Part shown: positions 1 to 9,663 of the stretch, piece after piece
Layout: the number at the start of each line of letters is the position of its first letter
Position numbering within the stretch: the first letter of the stretch is position 1
Source: Thraustochytrium aureum
Lineage: Eukaryota
Reading direction: 5' to 3'
Length of the DNA stretch: 62,301 bases
Assembly: GCA_012862495.1 (NCBI GenBank)
Contig: BLSG01000377.1
Coordinates: forward strand, 278,729-341,029
The notes under the pieces: model-generated
Database searches by the model: none
What the model was told of the DNA's origin: nothing
What the model saw: the letters and a program-made list of their open reading frames with translations, nothing else
Program-made: the position numbers and the translations under genes

Positions 1-834
1 TTCGAGGAAATGTTTGGGTTTCGCAACGGGATCGCGCGCGGGAAAGGCGGGAGCATGCACATGTATAACAAGGAGGCCAACTTTTACGGCGGAGCCGCGA
101 TCGTGGGCGCGCAGGTCCCGATCGGGGCCGGCCTCGGGTTTTACCACAAATACAAGCGCACGAGCCCGGAGCAAAAGACCAACGTCTCGATCTGCATGTA
201 TGGCGACGGGAGCGCCAACCAGGGCCAGTGCTGGGAGGCGGCCAACATGGCTGCCCTGTGGAAGATCCCTGTTATCTTTGCTTGCGAGAACAACGAGTAC
301 GGAATGGGCACCTCGGTGAACCGGTCCTCGTACATCACCGAATACTACAAGCAAGGCAACAAAATCCCGGGCATCTACATCGACGGCCAGGATGTGCTCG
401 CCGTCCGCGAAGGGACCAAGTTTTGCAAGGACTGGTGCGCCAGTGGGAACGGCCCCATCTACGTCGAGTACAAGACGTACCGATACCACGGGCACTCGAT
501 GAGCGACCCAGGCATCACGTACCGCAGCCGTGACGAGGTGACAAAGGTGCGCCAGAGCCGCGACCCGATCGAGAACGTGAAGAACCGCATCATCGAGGCT
601 GGGTTTGGCACCGCGGACGAGCTCAAAGCCACGGAGAAGCAGGTCCGCAGCGAGGTCCTCGAGGCCCTTCAGGCTGCCAAGTCTTCGTCGCAGCCGGATG
701 CAGGCGAGTTGTTCACCGACATCTACACGTCGGGCCGCTCGCACGAGACGCCAACCCGCGGCCGCCTCGAGAGCGCGTTTCCGTCGACCATCCGCATGCC
801 CGATATCGCCAACACCAAGCACTTCACGGCCTGA
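1..834 (+). CDS. PDHA1: Pyruvate dehydrogenase E1 alpha subunit, mitochondrial (5'-partial; frame is open from base 1)
   Basis: Has GKGGSMHMY, the TPP-binding YGDGSANQGQ...ENNEYGMGT motif and the phosphorylation loop TYRYHGHSMSDPGITYRSRDE. Confidence 0.97.
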   Translation, partial: FEEMFGFRNGIARGKGGSMHMYNKEANFYGGAAIVGAQVPIGAGLGFYHKYKRTSPEQKTNVSICMYGDGSANQGQCWEAANMAALWKIPVIFACENNEYGMGTSVNRSSYITEYYKQGNKIPGIYIDGQDVLAVREGTKFCKDWCASGNGPIYVEYKTYRYHGHSMSDPGITYRSRDEVTKVRQSRDPIENVKNRIIEAGFGTADELKATEKQVRSEVLEALQAAKSSSQPDAGELFTDIYTSGRSHETPTRGRLESAFPSTIRMPDIANTKHFTA

Positions 835-963
835 GTGGCCTCCTAGCTGGGCGGAGGTGGATGGCACGGTGCGTGGCGAGGCCAAGTCGCCGCTCGCGAC
901 TGGTTCTCCGTGTGCGCCTGACCGAGTGACTCGTTCGTTGACCTCACCTCCAGTTGATTTTAA

Positions 964-969
964 AATAAA
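964..969 (+). promoter_or_regulatory. Putative polyadenylation signal (AATAAA in an AT-rich patch) for PDHA1
   Basis: ttttaaaataaaatc about 130 nt downstream of the stop in otherwise GC-rich DNA; similar AT-rich patches follow other stops (e.g. 54884-54889). Confidence 0.4.
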
Positions 970-1596
970 ATCAAAGCTATCCGCGCCTGCACCGTTGAGG
1001 TTGAGGAAACGGAGTACTCCCGTCTCTCCGAACCGCAGCTCGAGTTGGCGGACCCAACTGCGCAGGGACGAACTCCAAATCGAATCGACCCGTGGGGAGC
1101 ACCCTGTGCTGCCTGAGTGGTGGCGTGGATGAACTTGGTTGGATGGGGCTGCACGATTATTGTTTGAAACTACTGGCAGCACCTCCGAGGTCGTCTCGAT
1201 GCTGATTGACTGTTCAGGAAAGGTCGCTCGCAGCATCGCTCTAGCTAGACGCTCCCCGTTCGGTGCCCCCTGGGGTCACTGGAGGTATTTGGACGGTTCT
1301 CGTACACTTTTAAAGATCGATCTTAGGTTCCGCGAGTCATACCGTCGCTACTCACCAGCGCATGAAAGCACTGATGCGCTGCTGACGCGTTCGTACCAAG
1401 ATCGCAGTATCGAAACTTGGATTGCCGCGACCCTTGCGAGGTTGAACGGGCCGTGGATTGATTTGTCAAGATCAAATGAATCGCGCGAAAAGGCATCGTC
1501 CTCGCACAGGTGAGCGGTGCGACTCTGTCTCGAGAGAGCCTTATTCTCTGTCGAGAACGCGCCAGTAACGCACGTCAGCTTGCATGCCTCAAGCCT

Positions 1597-1934
1597 CTAC
1601 ATCACATGTGACGGGGTGTCGAGGCTCCACGATCGCAGCAAAAGACGCAAGGCCCGCATGTCCGCCTCGAGCTGAGCCACCTTGTACCGGAGGCGGTTGT
1701 GCTCCTCTAGCGAAACAAACCTGTGGGGATCCGAGTCGCTTGAAGAGAGTATGGGGGAAAGGACAGGGTCCTGGTTGTACACGCGCGGCATCTGCGGCGT
1801 CCGTGGAGGCGCGTAGGGCTGCGGCACCGCATGCTGCATCTGCCTCGCGCTGACTGTAGCGGCCGCAGCCGGCACCGCGGAGGCCTTCGCAGGGTTTGTG
1901 TGCAAAGCAGCGTCTCCTGTGTTGGCCATATATT
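1597..1934 (-). CDS. Probable 3' end of a hypothetical protein with a C-terminal coiled coil (5' part in the gap)
   Basis: Reading frame ending FVSLEEHNRLRYKVAQLEADMRALRLLLRSW shows a heptad pattern and runs into the N gap; no recognisable family. Confidence 0.4.
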
Positions 1935-2765
1935 NNNNNNNNNNNNNNNNNNNNNNNNNNNNNNNNNNNNNNNNNNNNNNNNNNNNNNNNNNNNNNNNNN
2001 NNNNNNNNNNNNNNNNNNNNNNNNNNNNNNNNNNNNNNNNNNNNNNNNNNNNNNNNNNNNNNNNNNNNNNNNNNNNNNNNNNNNNNNNNNNNNNNNNNNN
2101 NNNNNNNNNNNNNNNNNNNNNNNNNNNNNNNNNNNNNNNNNNNNNNNNNNNNNNNNNNNNNNNNNNNNNNNNNNNNNNNNNNNNNNNNNNNNNNNNNNNN
2201 NNNNNNNNNNNNNNNNNNNNNNNNNNNNNNNNNNNNNNNNNNNNNNNNNNNNNNNNNNNNNNNNNNNNNNNNNNNNNNNNNNNNNNNNNNNNNNNNNNNN
2301 NNNNNNNNNNNNNNNNNNNNNNNNNNNNNNNNNNNNNNNNNNNNNNNNNNNNNNNNNNNNNNNNNNNNNNNNNNNNNNNNNNNNNNNNNNNNNNNNNNNN
2401 NNNNNNNNNNNNNNNNNNNNNNNNNNNNNNNNNNNNNNNNNNNNNNNNNNNNNNNNNNNNNNNNNNNNNNNNNNNNNNNNNNNNNNNNNNNNNNNNNNNN
2501 NNNNNNNNNNNNNNNNNNNNNNNNNNNNNNNNNNNNNNNNNNNNNNNNNNNNNNNNNNNNNNNNNNNNNNNNNNNNNNNNNNNNNNNNNNNNNNNNNNNN
2601 NNNNNNNNNNNNNNNNNNNNNNNNNNNNNNNNNNNNNNNNNNNNNNNNNNNNNNNNNNNNNNNNNNNNNNNNNNNNNNNNNNNNNNNNNNNNNNNNNNNN
2701 NNNNNNNNNNNNNNNNNNNNNNNNNNNNNNNNNNNNNNNNNNGCACGAACGCGTGCGCGGACGTC

Positions 2766-4322
2766 ATGGCTCTCTACATCCTGCACGAGGCTGCCTCCGG
2801 GTACGCCCTGTTCGAGGTGGTCGAGAAGGAGGAGCTGAGCGCGCTGGACGCCGACGCGCAGGCCACGGTCGTGGACTTGGAGCGCTTCAGCAAAATCGTC
2901 AAACTCAAGGCCTTCCAGCCGTTCACCACCGCCGAGAACGCGCTTGAAAACATCATGAAGGTGTCGGAAAACCTTGTGCACGAGGACCTGTCCAGCTTCC
3001 TCAAGGCCAACCTGCCCAAGGCCAAAGCGATGGCCAAGGACGGCGCCACGCTGGGCCTGGCAACGCCGCAGTTTGCTAACGCCGTCAAGGAGGAGACTGG
3101 CCTTCCCTGCACGTCGAGCGAGACAGTCCAAGAGCTGCTCCGCGGCGTTCGGCTCCACCTTGCGCGCTTTATCAAAAACCTGGACAATGGCGCCTCGGAG
3201 AAGGCACAGCTCGGTCTGGGCCACAGCTACTCCCGCGCCAAGGTCAAGTTTAACGTGAACCGCCAGGACAACATGATCATCCAGTCGATCTGCCTCCTGG
3301 ACCAGCTCGACAAGGACGTCAACACGTGTGCCATGCGCGTCAAGGAGTGGTACTCGTGGCACTTCCCCGAGCTGCAAAAGATCGTCCCCGATTCCTTTAT
3401 CTTTGCTCGCCTTGTGCAGTTCATCGGGGCACGCAGCACGCTCTCTGAGGAGAAACTCGATGCGCTCACTGAAATCACCATGGACGAGGAGCTCTCGCGC
3501 CACATCCTGGACGCCTCCAAGGCATCCATGGGGATGGACTGCTCCGACATCGACATGCTCAACCTGAGCCAGTTTGCCGACCGCGTCGTCGCGCTCGCGC
3601 GCTACCGCAAGGACCTGCACCAGTACCTGCTGGACAAGATGTCAATTGTCGCCCCCAACCTCGGCGCCCTCATCGGCGAGACCGTCGCCGCGCGCCTCAT
3701 TTCCCACGCGGGCAGCCTGGTTAACCTGGCCAAGTGCCCTGCGAGCACGATCCAGATCCTCGGCGCTGAGAAGGCGCTTTTCCGCGCGCTCAAGACGCGT
3801 GGCAACACGCCAAAGTACGGCCTCATTTTCCACTCTTCTTTTATCGGGCGCGCCGGGGCAAAGAACAAGGGGCGCATCTCGCGCTACCTCGCCAACAAGT
3901 GCGCGATCGCGGCCCGCATCGACTTCTTCTCGGACGTCCCGAACAGCGCATACGGTGAGAAGCTCAAGGACCAGGTTGAGGAGCGCCTCAGCTTTTACGA
4001 CACCGGGACCACCCCGAAGAAGAACATCGACGTGATGCGTGACGCGGCCAAGGCCGCGGCTGCATTGGTCAAGGCTACCAACCCAGCAGGCAGCGACGAC
4101 GATGAGGATGAGGGGGCCATGGCGGACGAGACACCCTCGAAGGACAAGAAGAAGCCCAAAAAGGACAAGAAGGACAAGAAGGACAAGAAGCGCAAGCGGG
4201 AGGGCGAGGACGAGGCGGAAGCAGAGGCCGAGGCGGCGGTGGATGCGGACGAGACCCCTTCCAAGAAAGACAAGAAGAAGCCCAAGAGCGAGAAGAAGAA
4301 GAAGAGCAAGTCGAAGGAGTGA
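2766..4322 (+). CDS. NOP56: Box C/D snoRNP protein NOP56
   Basis: MALYILHEAASGYALF start, LGLGHSYSRAKVKFNVNRQDNMIIQSI, Nop domain PASTIQILGAEKALFRALKTRGNTPKYGLIFHS, KKD-repeat tail. Confidence 0.97.
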   Translation: MALYILHEAASGYALFEVVEKEELSALDADAQATVVDLERFSKIVKLKAFQPFTTAENALENIMKVSENLVHEDLSSFLKANLPKAKAMAKDGATLGLATPQFANAVKEETGLPCTSSETVQELLRGVRLHLARFIKNLDNGASEKAQLGLGHSYSRAKVKFNVNRQDNMIIQSICLLDQLDKDVNTCAMRVKEWYSWHFPELQKIVPDSFIFARLVQFIGARSTLSEEKLDALTEITMDEELSRHILDASKASMGMDCSDIDMLNLSQFADRVVALARYRKDLHQYLLDKMSIVAPNLGALIGETVAARLISHAGSLVNLAKCPASTIQILGAEKALFRALKTRGNTPKYGLIFHSSFIGRAGAKNKGRISRYLANKCAIAARIDFFSDVPNSAYGEKLKDQVEERLSFYDTGTTPKKNIDVMRDAAKAAAALVKATNPAGSDDDEDEGAMADETPSKDKKKPKKDKKDKKDKKRKREGEDEAEAEAEAAVDADETPSKKDKKKPKSEKKKKSKSKE

Positions 4323-4448
4323 GAGCCAGGCTCCGCTCGCCGCCGCCACCCTTTGCCTCTACTGCAGAAACAAGAAAAAGTATCTACTACACAACCTACA
4401 GTATTTTGCACCGGCTTTGCGAGGCGGACGGCAATGCGCGTCGCCGGC

Positions 4449-5678
4449 TCACCTCACAGCGCGCCGAACGCTGATCCCCTCGCTACAGTACGGGCAGGCT
4501 CCAAACATGGTATCGAAGGTGTGCCGAGTCGACGGCAGAGCCTGGAGCCATTCCTGTAGGCACATTGCGTGAAAGCTCCTCGCGCACTTGGTGTTGTCGC
4601 AAACACAGTCGGGTAGGGCGTTCGCAGTGCTCCCGACGCCCGGGAGCCGAAAGCTGTAGCAGATCCCGCACTCGGCGAGTTCGACAGTGGCAGTGCCATT
4701 GCTGGACGCAGCACCTGCTCGAGGAAACTCAAGCTTTAGGATCGCCTCGAGGTTCGCCCGGACGGTCAAGCTCGGATCCCACGATGCCAGTCCACCATTG
4801 AGCTTGTCTCGCAAGGGGGCAACCTCGCTCTCCACGCCGATGAACTGGCACTCGCAAACAGAGCGCGGCGAGTCGACAGCGAGGCGAACCTGGATCGAGT
4901 TGTGCCCCCCCAAGGCGATGCGGCGAAACAAGTCGGCGCGTGTTGGCGGCTGGGGATCGAGAACCCAGGTGTTGCTGTCGATGTCATCAAGCATGTCCCA
5001 AACGCCTTCGAATCGGGCGATCTGTTCGCGGAACTGGGCAAGTATCCCAGCGAGGCCGCCTGCCACCGCCACGTTATTCTCCAGTCGCGCCGCCAGGGAC
5101 GCGCGCGATTCGTTCTCGCGTGTGTCGGTGAGGAAGGGTTCCGGGAGCTGTGCCATGCACCTCGGCCGGTCCTCAGGGAACCGGGGGCCAAGCTCTACCT
5201 CCAAGCAGTGTTCTCGCCCTTTTGAGTCCACCGCTGCGAGTCTGAGGTGCAGCAGCGAATCGCTGATATCGCGAACGTTTTCCCAGCCCACACGCTCAAG
5301 CTGCTCCACAAGGGCAGAGCACTGGTGCGTCGACAGCTGCCACCCGGCACCAGACGAACCCGTTGGCGCGTCGCGCTCCAGGGCCTGCGCAAGGTCGCCG
5401 CTCACCTCAACGCTGCTGCGCGACGAGTCCGCGAGGCGCAGCTGGACGACGGCCTCGTGGTTTCGGAGGAGTTGGCCCAAGTGCTCGTCGCAAGAGACGA
5501 CGTGGCTCTCGTGCGGCGCGGAGTGCACGGCGACGAGATGGTCGCGCCCTGCGGCGAACACCGTGCCGTATGCGCGCCCTCGCACGGCGCCCTGCACGAC
5601 GACCATCCTGCGCGCACTCGGAGTCTGCAAGGACCAGAGCAGGTCTGAGTTCTGAATCTGTTCTTTCTGAATGACCAT
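4449..5678 (-). CDS. FANCL: E3 ubiquitin ligase FANCL
   Basis: URD-type segment WDMLDDIDSNTWVLDPQPPTRADLFRRIALG and C-terminal RING ECGICYSFRL...CDNTKCARSFHAMCLQEWLQALPSTRHTFDTMFGACPYC; start codon uncertain. Confidence 0.9.
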   Translation of the reverse strand: MVIQKEQIQNSDLLWSLQTPSARRMVVVQGAVRGRAYGTVFAAGRDHLVAVHSAPHESHVVSCDEHLGQLLRNHEAVVQLRLADSSRSSVEVSGDLAQALERDAPTGSSGAGWQLSTHQCSALVEQLERVGWENVRDISDSLLHLRLAAVDSKGREHCLEVELGPRFPEDRPRCMAQLPEPFLTDTRENESRASLAARLENNVAVAGGLAGILAQFREQIARFEGVWDMLDDIDSNTWVLDPQPPTRADLFRRIALGGHNSIQVRLAVDSPRSVCECQFIGVESEVAPLRDKLNGGLASWDPSLTVRANLEAILKLEFPRAGAASSNGTATVELAECGICYSFRLPGVGSTANALPDCVCDNTKCARSFHAMCLQEWLQALPSTRHTFDTMFGACPYCSEGISVRRAVR

Positions 5679-5864
5679 GGTTAGCCAGAGGAAGTAGCGC
5701 TTACGCGAAGACTCTGGCTAGAGAAGATGCGCCTAGTCGGGGCTTGTTGAGTGGCGCAGAGCTGCAACGGGGTTGATCGACGCAGCGGGAGCGAGCAGCG
5801 CAAGGGGGCGGGCGGGAGGGAGCGGACCGGGCTTGGACGTGCGGGGGGAGCGCGGGGCGACGCC

Positions 5865-6080
5865 ATGATTATCCCTGTGCGCTGCTTTACGTGCGGCAAG
5901 GTTATCGGGAACAAGTATGAAAACTATATGGCTCTTCTGGCGCAGGACGGGTACACCGAGTCGGAGGCGCTCAACGCGCTGGGGCTGAACCGGTACTGCT
6001 GCCGGCGAATGCTTATCACGCACGTTGACCTGATTGTGAAACTGCTCAACTACAACCGGAGAGGCAAGGACGAGGAGTGA
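5865..6080 (+). CDS. RPB10: RNA polymerases I/II/III subunit RPABC5
   Basis: [18 protein letters not shown]...[19 protein letters not shown], 71 aa. Confidence 0.98.
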   Translation: MIIPVRCFTCGKVIGNKYENYMALLAQDGYTESEALNALGLNRYCCRRMLITHVDLIVKLLNYNRRGKDEE

Positions 6081-7485
6081 GCGCGAGGGCAGCCGCTGGC
6101 GGGCGGTCGGAGGCTCTTGCATGGCTTGCTGCGCCGCGCCCAGCTTGCGGAGCCATCAGGACCGCGCGTGGCGGTAAACATAGGGGACTGTAGAGGTCGA
6201 GCTGCGGTGGCTTGGAGAGCGGGGAGGATGGCGGGACAGCGCTGCCAGCGGCGTCGCGACTCTCTCTCTGCCTAGCGTAACAGGCCTAACTGTGGCTTTG
6301 TCCGAGAATGGTCCCGCTCGCAGCAGCGTAAAGACTCGGCTGACACAACCAACCGCATGGGGTAGACCAACTCAAAAAAGAGCCGCCGCTCAAATCATTA
6401 ATGCATGTTTGTGGATGTATCTCCTTGCGAACCCCACAAACCATTCGCAACCCCTTTGAGGGCGCGCGGGCTCCCCTTATCGTCCGGCGATCGACTTCTC
6501 TGTCGATCTTGTCAACGAGCCGCGTCGACGACAGCGCCGGCCAGGTCTGGAGCCGCTGCCACTGGCGGAGGCCGGAAGGACTGCTGCGTGCAACGCAGGC
6601 CAGCCCTGCGCACCAGCTCACCAGTTACATACCTAGCAATCATGGGACCGCGAGGCAGGCGGGTGTAAACGAAGTGGCTCTCCGCAACGGCATCAACACG
6701 TGCCTTGTCCTGCCCCAAGCGCGCCAACGCGCCAACGCGCCAAGGACCAGGCAGCCGAAACGCACAGCGCANNNNNNNNNNNNNNNNNNNNNNNNNNNNN
6801 NNNNNNNNNNNNNNNNNNNNNNNNNNNNNNNNNNNNNNNNNNNNNNNNNNNNNNNNNNNNNNNNNNNNNNNNNNNNNNNNNNNNNNNNNNNNNNNNNNNN
6901 NNNGCCATTCCCAATGACGGTCTGGCAGCGCACCATGCCGTGCGCAGTCCACCGCACGTCTCCTAGCGTGCCGAGGGCAACGTTGCAGAGCATCTGCTGT
7001 TCGCACCCTTGCACGCGAACGCCCAAAGGGACCGCTGTCGTTGCAAAGGCCGCTGCGAGCAGCCACCCCGCCGCGACGCAGCTCGCATTCACAGCAGCGG
7101 CTGCCAGGTTGACCATGCCGTCACCCGATCAGGGTTGGGTGACTTGGGTCCTACCGTCGAGTTCAACTTGCCCTTCGCCAGTCGACGACTTGAAGGACTT
7201 CTTTGGAGAAGATGGGTTGTGAACAGAGCGAGCTCGCCGCACGTCCACTGCCACGTGCGGCGCGGGGCAGACAAGGAAGAGCAGCTCGCGCGACACCGTC
7301 GGGCCGGGGACGAGCGGCAGGCGCAGACGCTCTCGCGAGGGAAGGCCGCAGCAGCAGAGCAGCGCAGCACCAGCAAGGCGCAGTGGCTTCCCTCCTCGCC
7401 AACGAACAAGCGCAGTTTGTTGCCGGAGTGGCCGGACACGAGCGGCAGACGCGCGCGAGAGCGTTGACAGGGAGCGGCGGAAAGC

Positions 7486-8484
7486 ATGGCCTCCCTCGAC
7501 ACCGAGATGATGGCGTTCGCTGTCCCCTTCATCATCTTCGCGGCAGACTTGTGGCTCAACAGCCCCGTAGCTGCGCCGCTCAAGCACGCCGGGCTCGCCG
7601 TCTCCGTGGCAGCCGTCCCCCTCGGAAGGTTTGAGGGCTTCGTAGCGGCAGAGCTCTTATGGCTCGTCCTTCTCTTGCTGTCAATGGCTACCGCGGAGGA
7701 GGGCGCGGCAGCGACCCCGGCTAAGGGTGGCGTTGAGGGGGAGAAAGCCCCCGAGGAAGCCGCTGGCCCGCCTGCCCTCCCGAACGAAGGCCTGAAGCGC
7801 ATGAAGGAGGCAATCGTCAAGGTTTGCGCCAACCTGAACGAGTCGACCAACTGCGACGGCAAGCCGTGGAAGGAGCAGGTCGTGCAGGACGGGATCCGCG
7901 TCCTGAGCTCAGAGATGGTCGGCAACTCTGCAAAGCGCTGGAAGGTGGAGACCGTCATCAAGGGCGCCCCGCTGGACGAGCTCCTGGAGGAGCTGTTCGA
8001 CTTTGACCGCCGCGTAGGCGCGAACGGGTGGGACACTGCCATCAAGGAGGGCAAGATCCTGGAGACGTTCAAGGGCGATCAGTACTCGATGGCACGCATG
8101 ATCACCAACGCGGCCGCGGGCGGCGCCGTGAGCTCGCGCGAGTTTATCGACCTGCGTGCCAAGTTCAAGGGCGGGGAGCACGAAAGCGCCCCGGACGGCG
8201 GCATCTTGATCGCGAATGTCGGCCTCAACCCCAAGAAGGACAAGAGCTGGCTGCCGTCTATCCCGAACGCGGACAAGTCGCTCGTTCTGGGCTGCAACTT
8301 TGCCGGCACGGGGATCCAGATCGCCCCGGTTCCGGGCAAGCCCAACACGTTCAAGTACACGATGGTGAGCTCGATGAACTTGAACGGGTGGATTCCTTCG
8401 TCGGTGATCAACACCGCGACGAGTTCGGCGCTGCTCGAGTCGCACCAGGCCATGCAGGCGCACCTCGCCAAGAAGTTCAGCTAG
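7486..8484 (+). CDS. START-domain lipid-transfer protein with N-terminal hydrophobic (membrane) segments
   Basis: START-like motifs WDTAIKEGKILE, GGAVSSREFIDLR and LNGWIPSSVIN; N-terminal ~70 aa are hydrophobic. Confidence 0.8.
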   Translation: MASLDTEMMAFAVPFIIFAADLWLNSPVAAPLKHAGLAVSVAAVPLGRFEGFVAAELLWLVLLLLSMATAEEGAAATPAKGGVEGEKAPEEAAGPPALPNEGLKRMKEAIVKVCANLNESTNCDGKPWKEQVVQDGIRVLSSEMVGNSAKRWKVETVIKGAPLDELLEELFDFDRRVGANGWDTAIKEGKILETFKGDQYSMARMITNAAAGGAVSSREFIDLRAKFKGGEHESAPDGGILIANVGLNPKKDKSWLPSIPNADKSLVLGCNFAGTGIQIAPVPGKPNTFKYTMVSSMNLNGWIPSSVINTATSSALLESHQAMQAHLAKKFS

Positions 8485-8767
8485 TCGTCGCCGAGGTCGA
8501 TCTTGGTCGGAACAACTCTTGTTCATTGGTGAAAAGAAAACTTCTTTCCGTTCTCCGCTTGTATGCCGCGTTGGAGCTTTTTCTCGAACATGCCTCACCA
8601 CCACGCACCAATGCGGCACCATCCATCACACTGGCAGGCAGCTCGTACGAGGAGAGCGAGACGCGGCCCTCCCCAAGCAGTGTGGAGGAGGGGCTTTTTG
8701 AATCCTCAGGCTCATCATCATGGTGAGAATGTCCGGATGGGTGACTCTGGCAAAGGGAGAGGCTCGG

Positions 8768-9140
8768 AAATAAATAAATAAATAAATAAGGAAGGAAAGA
8801 AGGAAGAAAGGAAGGAAGGAAGGNNNNNNNNNNNNNNNNNNNNNNNNNNNNNNNNNNNNNNNNNNNNNNNNNNNNNNNNNNNNNNNNNNNNNNNNNNNNN
8901 NNNNNNNNNNNNNNNNNNNNNNNNNNNNNNNNNNNNNNNNNNNNNNNNNNNNNNNNNNNNNNNNNNNNNNNNNNNNNNNNNNNNNNNNNNNNNNNNNNNN
9001 NNNNNNNNNNNNNNNNNNNNNNNNNNNNNNNNNNAAGAAAGAAAGAAAGAAAGAAAGAAAGGAAGGAAGGAACTTGAAAGAAGGAAGAAAGGAAGGAAGG
9101 AAGGAAGGAAGGATGGAAAGGATGGAAGAGGGAGGGAGGC
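8768..9140. repeat. Compound microsatellite (AAAT)n/(GGAA)n/(GAAA)n spanning a gap
   Basis: Directly visible on both sides of the 8824-9034 gap. Confidence 0.9.
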
Positions 9141-9663
9141 AGACGATGCCTGCAGGAAGGAGGAAGCTGAGGAAGGCGTCCCGGCAGAGAGGCAAGCCGC
9201 CAGGCACGCAGGCAGGCACGGAGGCTCGCACGCAGGCAGGCTCGCACGCGCACGCCCGCAGGCAGGCAGGCAGGCAGGCAGGTTGGAAGGTCGCGGAGCT
9301 AGAGGGCCCGACCACGCGCCGCCGCACAGGCATCGCGAGGAGGAGGCGAGCGCGCCACAGGTGCGGGTTGAACCTTTCCCGCGTTTTTGGATACATCGGG
9401 CCGACGAGGCCCGGCGCGCCAAGGATACTCGCTCCGCCAGGCAAGGGGGCCGGCGCTGCAAGGCGGTGCCGCACGCGCGGAGATTTGCGCGCGGCGGGAC
9501 GGGCGGCAAGCCCAACGGACCGCGGGAGGCTTGACCCGCCACAGGCGTGGCCTAGGTACTGCGGCCTCGCCGGCGCGCCCCTCGGCGTTGTTGGCGCAGC
9601 TTGGGCGGCCGAGATCGCGCGCATTGGAGGCGCCACGCTCCTCGCAAAAGGCGCTCGGCGACG

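Noticed and set aside
6640..7116. Minus-strand ORF with a signal-peptide-like start (MVNLAAAAVNASC...)
   Set aside because: Interrupted by a gap, no recognisable domain and weak coding character; cannot be supported
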